Below the pieces are notes generated by a model, which saw only the letters and a program-made list of their open reading frames with translations, searched no databases and had not been told where the DNA came from. DNA of 31,348 nt, from positions 1 to 31,348 of the IMG/VR virus record IMGVR_UViG_3300010153_000051. The stretch is one strand, 5' to 3'. A program made the translations under genes and the position numbers. Every line of letters begins with the position of its first letter. Within the stretch, counting starts at the first letter, position 1. Positions 24,528 through 31,348 of the stretch are shown piece after piece. Source of the stretch: a virus. Lineage: Duplodnaviria; Caudoviricetes.

Positions 24528-25901
24528 ATGGCATTAAGTGCAAACGCAATCAAGACAACAAGCTTGACGCAAACAACAACTGCTGCTGATTATGGAGTTG
24601 CTCCAGATAAAAGAAGATTATATAACTTTTCTGATAGGATTGCTGAACTAGCACCTGAAGAAAGTCCTTTCTTCGTATACCTGAGTAAAACTGCCAAACT
24701 TCCTACGGATGATTCTTTGTTTCGTTATTTAGAAGATAGAACAAAGATTAATTATACAAGTAGAGAGTTCCTTTTAAAAGGTGACCAGGACAGTGCAGCA
24801 GCTCAAGCAGCAAATGACTCTGTGAGTTTCACAGTAGAAACAGCAGACAACTTAGCAGTAGACTTTATTGTTAAGGGAATGGTCTTTGCAGTAAGAACAA
24901 AAGGCGGAGCAGCAGGTGATAACGCCTACGCTAACATAGTAGTTAGAGTAGAAACTGTACCCGCATCAGCAAACAATGAAACTACATTTACAGGTAAAGT
25001 TATATCTGTATCATCAACAGCAGCTAACGCAAATAAGCTTTTAGCTGGTAAGAGATGTCAAATCATAGGTTCAGCATATGGAGAAGGTACTGGTTCACCA
25101 GACGTTTTCTCAGATAGCATGGAAGATAATTATGGGTACACCCAGATTTTCAAAACAGCTGCTGAGATTTCAAACACAGCATATGCTACACAACTACGTG
25201 GAGTGTCAAATGAGTTTGAAAGAGTGTTAGCTCAAAAAATGAGAGAGCACAAAATCGATATGGAAAGAGCATTTCTTTTCAATCAAAAAGCAAGAGATAA
25301 CTCAGGGATTCAATATTCTGAAGGTCTTGTAGGGCATATTATCAAAAACAGTACAGTAAAAGCTGGTGCAGCAGACTTGGCTTACGAGTCAGGTAAAGCA
25401 TACTTTAGAAGTGCTGAAGCTTCAGAGCTTACTTATGATAGATTGCTTAAGGACTTTGAGGTTATCTTTGACCCAGCTAGAGGCGGAAGTAACGAAAGAT
25501 TAGCATTAGCTTCTCTTCCTGTGATTTCTTTCTTTAACAAGATGGGTGATGGCTCATTTTCTGATATATCTACAACAGGTTCACAATACCAAATCAATAT
25601 GGATAACCTATCAGGACAGTTTGGTCACCAGTTAATGGAGATTAATACAGTTCATGGTGCGGTATATCTAGTGAAAGAACCTCTGTTTAGAGGACATTCA
25701 TCAGGTATGATGTGTATGGCTGATATGAGTAAGCTATACTACAGACCACTTGTAGGTAATGGAATCAATCGTGATACTCAGGTTATGACAAACGTACAAG
25801 GTCCAGACGAAGACCTACGTAAAGACATGATTCTTACAGAAGCAGGTCTTGAAGTATGTTTACCAGAATCACACTACTTGATTAACGTAGAAGGATTATA
25901 A
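24528..25901 (+). CDS. Major capsid protein (HK97 fold)
   Basis: LAPEESPFF, NYGYTQIFKT, EHKIDMERAFLF, DMILTEAGLE; strong AGGAG RBS; gene order. Confidence 0.88.
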   Translation: MALSANAIKTTSLTQTTTAADYGVAPDKRRLYNFSDRIAELAPEESPFFVYLSKTAKLPTDDSLFRYLEDRTKINYTSREFLLKGDQDSAAAQAANDSVSFTVETADNLAVDFIVKGMVFAVRTKGGAAGDNAYANIVVRVETVPASANNETTFTGKVISVSSTAANANKLLAGKRCQIIGSAYGEGTGSPDVFSDSMEDNYGYTQIFKTAAEISNTAYATQLRGVSNEFERVLAQKMREHKIDMERAFLFNQKARDNSGIQYSEGLVGHIIKNSTVKAGAADLAYESGKAYFRSAEASELTYDRLLKDFEVIFDPARGGSNERLALASLPVISFFNKMGDGSFSDISTTGSQYQINMDNLSGQFGHQLMEINTVHGAVYLVKEPLFRGHSSGMMCMADMSKLYYRPLVGNGINRDTQVMTNVQGPDEDLRKDMILTEAGLEVCLPESHYLINVEGL

Positions 25902-25985
25902 TATATTATAATCTCTATGTAAAATAATCCGTAAGGATTGACAGTATTGGATACTGTGGGGTTGTTCGTAGAAAGGAACAACCCC
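25894..25985 (+). ncRNA. Cluster of four adjacent hairpins after the capsid gene
   Basis: Palindrome 25894-25913; AATCC-GTAA-GGATT; ACAGTAT-TGG-ATACTGT; GGGGTTGTTC-N8-GAACAACCCC; no U-tract. Confidence 0.5.
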
Positions 25986-26023
25986 GAACATCCATAAGAA
26001 TTTTAAACTAATAGGAGAATAAA

Positions 26024-26215
26024 ATGGCAAATTTTGATACTGTAACAAAAGTTATTATCAATGATGTGAGTGCAGCAGCAAGTAGCGTATCTGGTTCTTT
26101 AGCTAAAGAAATCAATGACTATATAGAAACTATAGATGACACAAAGCTTGTAGATATTAAAGCGGTAATGCTTGATAGAACTAGAATTGCATATATTGTA
26201 GTTACCAAAGTATAA
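26024..26215 (+). CDS. Small putative virion protein
   Basis: AGGAG RBS; follows the capsid gene. Confidence 0.7.
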   Translation: MANFDTVTKVIINDVSAAASSVSGSLAKEINDYIETIDDTKLVDIKAVMLDRTRIAYIVVTKV

Positions 26216-26475
26216 TGGCTAACTGTCAGCACTGTGAAACACCTAACCCAGAAGGTAAGTTTAATTGTCCTTCATGTGGGTTAAGAGCACATCCACCAAG
26301 ATGGAGCACACAATTTGTTTTAAGAGATTCTCCGATGGCAACTGCTATTAGAAAAGACCAAATAGATTTTGGTAGTATAAGTATGGATAAACATATAGAA
26401 AGAACTAATAAAAAGAATACTAAAGACAGAGCAAAGAAAATGGATGAGATGATTTTTGGCAATGATAAAAGTTAA
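26215..26475 (+). CDS. Zinc-ribbon protein
   Basis: CQHC...CPSC. Confidence 0.7.
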   Translation: MANCQHCETPNPEGKFNCPSCGLRAHPPRWSTQFVLRDSPMATAIRKDQIDFGSISMDKHIERTNKKNTKDRAKKMDEMIFGNDKS

Positions 26476-26506
26476 AACATTAAAATCAAATAGAAGGAAG
26501 TATAAT

Positions 26507-26599
26507 ATGTACGGAATGAAGAAAAAGAAAAAAGTAGTAAAACCTAAAATGAAAAAAAGAGCTGTCAAAAAAGGAATGAAAAAAGGTTATAAGAAATAA
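26507..26599 (+). CDS. 30-aa lysine-rich peptide (not in ORF track)
   Basis: MYGMKKKKKVVKPKMKKRAVKKGMKKGYKK; AAGGA RBS; TAATG overlap. Confidence 0.6.
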   Translation: MYGMKKKKKVVKPKMKKRAVKKGMKKGYKK

Positions 26600-26787
26600 T
26601 GCCAGTTAAAAAGAAAGCTAAATCAAAAGTAAATGCAGCTGGTAATTATACAAAACCAACTATGAGAAAGAATTTATTTAAAAAAATAAAAGCTAGTACT
26701 AAAGGTGGTAAAGCTGGACAGTGGAGTGCAAGAAAAGCCCAGATGTTGGCTAAGCAATACAAAGCTAAAGGCGGAGGATACAGATAG
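26599..26787 (+). CDS. Small basic protein (resembles N-half of DUF5872)
   Basis: NYTKPTMRK...GGKAGQWSARKAQMLAKQYKAKGGGY. Confidence 0.7.
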   Translation: MPVKKKAKSKVNAAGNYTKPTMRKNLFKKIKASTKGGKAGQWSARKAQMLAKQYKAKGGGYR

Positions 26788-27026
26788 TGCCCTTAAAAAA
26801 GTCTCAACGAAGTCTTAAAGAATGGACAAGACAAAAGTGGAGAACCTCAAGCGGTAAGCCAAGTAAGGGACTTCGTAGATACCTACCAGACGCAGCATGG
26901 AAAGCATTATCACCAGCAGAAAAGAAAGCAACGAATACGGCAAAAGCCAAAGGAAATAAAAAAGGTAAGCAGTTTGTTAGTCAACCAAAGAAGATAGCAA
27001 AGAAAACAGCAAGGTATAGAAAGTAA
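26787..27026 (+). CDS. Small basic protein (resembles C-half of DUF5872)
   Basis: QRSLKEWTRQKWRT...RYLPDAAWKALSPAEK...QFVSQP. Confidence 0.7.
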   Translation: MPLKKSQRSLKEWTRQKWRTSSGKPSKGLRRYLPDAAWKALSPAEKKATNTAKAKGNKKGKQFVSQPKKIAKKTARYRK

Positions 27027-27868
27027 TGTTGAATGATAACATATTAAAAGAATTAGCTAAGAAATTTTTCAGCCCTGAAAATAGGTTGTTAAATGGCGCT
27101 ATGAATACTAGTGAGTACGAAGAAGCAAAGCAACTACAGGTTGACTTTGATTTTATTAGTAAGCTAGAAGGTGGAAGACAAACCGAAGCTTACGTTCCTT
27201 ATCCAGAAGGTTCTCAGTCTGGTGTTACTTTTGGAACTGGTGTAGACTTGGGTGGAAAAACTTCAGACTATTTTAAAGGATTTGATAATCCAAGTATTGT
27301 TGAAAAAATGGAACCATACTTTGGTATGACAGGACAAGAAGCTTTTAACTTTGAAAAGTTAAACCCCTTATCATTTAGTCAGGAAGAAGCAATGCTTGTA
27401 GATAATTTTGTAAAAGGAAAAGAATTAAATTCTATTTCAAGAAATTTTGAAAGAACGTTTGGAACTGATATGGCTGAATTGTCACCAGAAGTACAAACGG
27501 TGATAGCATCTATTGGTTATCAATACGGAGCTAACTTTATGGACAATCCTTACACTGAGGAGTTTGACCCAAAGACTCCTAAGTTTGTAAACAGACTTAT
27601 GGACTTAGTAAAAAATCCAGACAATATTGAGAATTATACAAACCTAGAAGAAGAGCTAAGAAAATTTGGAGATGACTATGGTCCTAGGCGTGATAAAGAA
27701 GCAGACTTATTAAATAAATTTATTAGAAGTTTAAAAGAAAAAAACTTTGGTGAGTTAAAAGATGCATCATCAATTATGCAAGATAACTCTGATATGGAAA
27801 ACTTAATACAATTTGCAGAACCAAAAGAAGAAGAAGAACCATTTACAAATGAGTCTATTACTTTCTGA
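27026..27868 (+). CDS. Pesticin C-terminal-like muramidase (lysozyme fold)
   Basis: DFDFISKLEG...AYVP...SGVTFGTGVDLG, QTVIASIGYQYG, FGDDYGPRRDKEADLL. Confidence 0.8.
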   Translation: MLNDNILKELAKKFFSPENRLLNGAMNTSEYEEAKQLQVDFDFISKLEGGRQTEAYVPYPEGSQSGVTFGTGVDLGGKTSDYFKGFDNPSIVEKMEPYFGMTGQEAFNFEKLNPLSFSQEEAMLVDNFVKGKELNSISRNFERTFGTDMAELSPEVQTVIASIGYQYGANFMDNPYTEEFDPKTPKFVNRLMDLVKNPDNIENYTNLEEELRKFGDDYGPRRDKEADLLNKFIRSLKEKNFGELKDASSIMQDNSDMENLIQFAEPKEEEEPFTNESITF

Positions 27869-28005
27869 TGAGAGGATTAAGAACAACAGAAACAAGGCAC
27901 ACTAATGGCAAAAAGAAAACAAGACAAGGGCAAGGTCATAACACAAAATTTGGAAATAAGATGAGTAGTAAATATTATAAAAAAAGAAATAGAGGACAAG
28001 GATAA
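27868..28005 (+). CDS. 45-aa basic peptide (KKTRQG...RGQG type; not in ORF track)
   Basis: MRGLRTTETRHTNGKKKTRQGQGHNTKFGNKMSSKYYKKRNRGQG; overlaps both neighbours by 1 nt. Confidence 0.7.
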   Translation: MRGLRTTETRHTNGKKKTRQGQGHNTKFGNKMSSKYYKKRNRGQG

Positions 28006-28679
28006 TGGCAGAATCATTTAAAGACCAAGTAGATGCAATAACAGGTTTTGGTATAACAGAGAATGATGCATTATCTGACTGGCTTACAGCTGGTGTTAGG
28101 TTAGTATTGAATGCTATGCCAATAGATAAACTTGAAAGAATTATATCAGACGAAACTACAGATTTTGGTGATGGAGGTTTAGATGTACAAGGTAAAAGAA
28201 TTGTAGAGGTATTTAGAAAAGATGGAGCAAACTCAACTGCAGATTTGCAATATTTTCATCCTGCTAGAAAGATAACAGTCAAGATGAAAGGTAGAGCCAC
28301 AGACCCAAGTTATATGGAGTATGCATCTGCAACCGACCCTGCATATTACGTAGACGAACAATTACTTTTTGTTTTACCTGCAATGGGAAGTGGTGTTAAT
28401 TATGCTAATGTTTCCTATATAGACACTAGCATAACAGTAGTTCACGGTGCTACATCCATAGCTAACTTTCCAGACGAGGCAGAGTATGCAGTAGTGTTAT
28501 ATGCAGCAAGACAGGCATTAGCAAGAAAAGTATCAGATGCAAACGCAGACGAAGATTCAGAAATGGCAGCTACCTACTCAAACCAATATGCTTTAGTAGA
28601 TGCACAATATAAAGAAGCATTACAGATTTTAGGTATAGAAGAAATAACAAATAGTAAAAAAGAAAAGGATGCTAGATAG
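28005..28679 (+). CDS. Putative head-tail adaptor / tail tubular protein
   Basis: Position; DPAYYV...LFVLP and FPDEAEYAVVLYAA resemble adaptor proteins. Confidence 0.55.
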   Translation: MAESFKDQVDAITGFGITENDALSDWLTAGVRLVLNAMPIDKLERIISDETTDFGDGGLDVQGKRIVEVFRKDGANSTADLQYFHPARKITVKMKGRATDPSYMEYASATDPAYYVDEQLLFVLPAMGSGVNYANVSYIDTSITVVHGATSIANFPDEAEYAVVLYAARQALARKVSDANADEDSEMAATYSNQYALVDAQYKEALQILGIEEITNSKKEKDAR

Positions 28680-28978
28680 TGGGTATAAACACTACTTGGA
28701 ATAAAGAAAATACAGAGCCTTCTAGTGTTTGGTCAAAAGAAATCAATGACTTACATCACACAGATACAGGTACACTATGGGGTCCAGAGGCTATAACCCC
28801 AAGCTCTACCTGGTTAGGTGCATTGACTGGAGCTATACATCCTTCAACAGGTACAGTTTGGGGTCCAGAAGTAATAGCACCTTCTACTAGCTGGAGTGAA
28901 TCCTTAGAGCAGTTTAAGTTTTGGAATGATGGTAATGATTTTTGGGAAGATGTAAACAGTAAATACGAGGAATTATAA
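28679..28978 (+). CDS. Trp-rich internally repeated protein
   Basis: TGTLWGPEAITPSSTW / TGTVWGPEVIAPSTSW at 81-nt spacing. Confidence 0.6.
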   Translation: MGINTTWNKENTEPSSVWSKEINDLHHTDTGTLWGPEAITPSSTWLGALTGAIHPSTGTVWGPEVIAPSTSWSESLEQFKFWNDGNDFWEDVNSKYEEL

Positions 28979-29283
28979 TGGCAGCAATAGAATTTAATGG
29001 AAAAGAAATACATAGTAGAGTACAACAGGCAGTCCCTGATGTATCAGAAAACTATGTAATAAATCTTATTAACGAAGCTTTAATAGATTTAGGACAATAT
29101 AATTTAAAAACAGAATATGCCAAGACTAATCTTGCTAACAATCAAATGTGGTATGGATTAAATGATGATAGAGCTATTACAGTAAATAAAGTATTTAGAT
29201 GTAGTATCTTAAATTCAGATGGAGAGTATATTAAAATTCCTAGATTAGTCAATCAAGAAACAAAGATAACAGATACGGAGTAA
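28978..29283 (+). CDS. Putative virion connector protein
   Basis: GAGG RBS; INLINEAL motif; position. Confidence 0.55.
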   Translation: MAAIEFNGKEIHSRVQQAVPDVSENYVINLINEALIDLGQYNLKTEYAKTNLANNQMWYGLNDDRAITVNKVFRCSILNSDGEYIKIPRLVNQETKITDTE

Positions 29284-29285
29284 TT

Positions 29286-29738
29286 ATGGCAGCAGTAAGC
29301 AGTACATTCAAAGACCCATCATTAAATTTTGTATGGTGGATAGAAGGAGATAAGATAGCTATAGCCTCATCAGGTGGAGATGGAGGTACAACCGAAACAG
29401 CAAAAGGCCGTTATAAGGCTGCTATGATAGGAACAGGTACCGACCATATAACATCAGGTGTGCTAATATCTTACTATGCTGAACCTGATAAGCTTGAAAG
29501 CATTACAGGAACAATAGATATAGACAATACTTTGCAACCAGCTATAATAGCGTATGTAAAAGCAAAAGCACTTTTAGATGCTGCGGCAAGAACAAACAAT
29601 GCAGAATTAGCACAGATTAAAATGCAATCTGCTCAAATGGCTATGAATGAATATAAGCAGATGGTTACTAAATACGGAGTAAGAAGAAGAGATAAAACTG
29701 GTGGGACTCGTGGTATAGTTCCTACAAACTTTACATAG
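29286..29738 (+). CDS. Putative virion connector protein
   Basis: GGAG RBS; IDIDNTLQPAIIAYVKAK; position. Confidence 0.55.
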   Translation: MAAVSSTFKDPSLNFVWWIEGDKIAIASSGGDGGTTETAKGRYKAAMIGTGTDHITSGVLISYYAEPDKLESITGTIDIDNTLQPAIIAYVKAKALLDAAARTNNAELAQIKMQSAQMAMNEYKQMVTKYGVRRRDKTGGTRGIVPTNFT

Positions 29739-29745
29739 GTAAACA

Positions 29746-30627
29746 ATGGCAACATTAACAGGTAAAAAAATATCAGAGTCTTATAAAGACTTGCTACAAA
29801 TATCTAATAATAATTCTGGTGTAGACGGAACACTTAGAGATGTATCAGACGGTGAAGGTACAGTTAGTGTTTTACAGATTAGTAGTGATTCTATAAATAT
29901 TAAAGATAATGGAGCTTTTCAAATTAATGAAACTCCAGTTACTTCTACGGCAACAGAGTTAAATTATTTAGACGGTGCAGACACAAACATTAATACCCTT
30001 ACTCTACCTGCAAGTACAACCATATCTGCCTTTGGTGCCAGTGTTATAGACGATGCAGATGCATCTACAGCTAGGTCTACCATGGGAGTTGATGCGGCAG
30101 GAACTGATAATTCTACTAATGTAACATTAGCTGGCAAAGATTATATAGTAGCTAGTGGAACAAATAATCAAACATTAACGCTCGGTACTGTAGATATATC
30201 GGATGACACAAATTTAGTTGGAGGAACTGGCGTTACACTTACTGGAGATACTTTATCAACAGTAGATAGTGAAATAGACCACGATAGTTTAAACAATTAT
30301 TCTAGTGATAAACACATAGCACATAGCTTTGTTACCCTAACAGCGGGAGCAGGATTAACTGGAGGTGGAGATATTACCACTAGCAGAGATTTTGCTGTAG
30401 GAGCAGGTACTGGTATTACAGTAAATGCAAATGATGTTGCTGTAGATACAAGTGTTATTGCTACAAGAAATTATGTTGATGGACAAGTATCAACAGTAAA
30501 TACTTTAGGAGAAATGACTGACGTATCTTTTTCATCATTAGGTGATGATAATTTATTACAATACAATTCAGCTTCTTCAGAGTGGAATAATACAAGCGTA
30601 ATAGATGGTGGAGAATTTACAACTTAA
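29746..30627 (+). CDS. Tail fibre-like protein
   Basis: Thr/Ser/Gly/Asp-rich; TATELNYLDG, AGAGLTGGG, ATRNYVD, LLQYN...W, IDGGEF motifs. Confidence 0.75.
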   Translation: MATLTGKKISESYKDLLQISNNNSGVDGTLRDVSDGEGTVSVLQISSDSINIKDNGAFQINETPVTSTATELNYLDGADTNINTLTLPASTTISAFGASVIDDADASTARSTMGVDAAGTDNSTNVTLAGKDYIVASGTNNQTLTLGTVDISDDTNLVGGTGVTLTGDTLSTVDSEIDHDSLNNYSSDKHIAHSFVTLTAGAGLTGGGDITTSRDFAVGAGTGITVNANDVAVDTSVIATRNYVDGQVSTVNTLGEMTDVSFSSLGDDNLLQYNSASSEWNNTSVIDGGEFTT

Positions 30628-30638
30628 GGAGAAAAAAA

Positions 30639-31348
30639 ATGGCCAATACTTTACAAATTAAAAAGAATGCATGGAATACAACTACCCCTGGCGGTCCAGT
30701 AGCTAACACCTTAGCATATGGTGAACTAGCTTGGGATACAGCTGGAAAAATTTTATACATTGGAAGACAAACAGGAACAGGACCCGTAACAACAGAAACA
30801 GTTAAGATTGTACCAAACGCTTCATCAAGCACAGTTGGTATAGCAAGTTTTAATACTCTTAACTTTGTTGTAAGTGCTGGTGGTGATGTACAAATTAAAA
30901 CATATGGTGTAGCTAGAGATGAAATAGCGTTAGATGCTATTGATGGAACTAGAATTGCAGATGATGCAGTAGACAGTGAGCACATAGCTAATGACGCAGT
31001 AGCTTTAGGAACGCAAACTACTGGTAACTATGCAGGAACAATAACAGGTACAACAAATGAAATTGAAGTAACTGGTTCTGCTGGAGAAGGTACTGCTTAT
31101 ACTATTGGATTACCAGATGATGTAGTTATTTCTGGTAATTTAACAGTTCAAGGACAAACAACTACAATAGAGTCTACAGAAGTTACAATCGATGATAAAA
31201 ATATTGTTTTAGCTCACAACGAAACAGGAAGTCCAGCAACTGCAGCTGGCTTAAATGGAGCAGGTATTACTATCGGTTCTCCTTCCTCTGGTACTGCACC
31301 AAGTTTAACTTGGAATAACAGTGGTGCTACAGATTATTTTGAATTTAA
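30639..31348 (+). CDS. Tail fibre protein, 3'-truncated (not in ORF track)
   Basis: AAGGAG RBS; MANTLQIKK...LAYGELAW...LYIG N-terminus; GNLTVQG; frame open to the window end. Confidence 0.8.
   Translation, partial: MANTLQIKKNAWNTTTPGGPVANTLAYGELAWDTAGKILYIGRQTGTGPVTTETVKIVPNASSSTVGIASFNTLNFVVSAGGDVQIKTYGVARDEIALDAIDGTRIADDAVDSEHIANDAVALGTQTTGNYAGTITGTTNEIEVTGSAGEGTAYTIGLPDDVVISGNLTVQGQTTTIESTEVTIDDKNIVLAHNETGSPATAAGLNGAGITIGSPSSGTAPSLTWNNSGATDYFEF

Noticed and set aside
25912-25999. tRNA gene
   Set aside because: No TTC T-loop in the correct position, no 7-nt anticodon loop and no 7-bp acceptor stem
1-31348. Alternative genetic code or stop-codon reassignment
   Set aside because: Long conserved genes are intact in the standard bacterial code, and TAA, TAG and TGA all end genes at coupled junctions

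Overview
The window is most of an AT-rich tailed dsDNA phage genome with podovirus-like morphogenesis genes. Layout: (i) 1-5762 (+): end of the virion module, with large internal/ejection-type proteins and a last gene resembling a pre-toxin-TG domain fused to an ADP-ribosyltransferase. (ii) 5999-15964 (-): early/middle arm with SSB, Hjc-like resolvase, ERF, GroES, winged-HTH, Cas4-like exonuclease and many small ORFs. (iii) 16400-17765 (+): very AT-rich small ORFs transcribed divergently. (iv) 17780-18021: repeat-rich putative terminus/pac/origin region. (v) 18189-31348 (+): metallophosphoesterase, TerS, TerL, portal, scaffold, major capsid, basic mini-proteins, pesticin-like muramidase, adaptors and tail fibres. 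The strongest non-coding signals are 12 co-oriented copies of GGGAAC-N16-(C/A)GT(A/G), an ECF-sigma-type promoter architecture that divides the early region into promoter-ORF cassettes; two identical-format tandem DnaA-box pairs in a genome with no recognisable polymerase, helicase, primase or initiator; several minus-strand stem-closed intergenic RNAs; seven ACCCTAATA repeats; and apparent absence of GATC. Protein calls come from motif recognition by eye, not database searches. The host is unknown.
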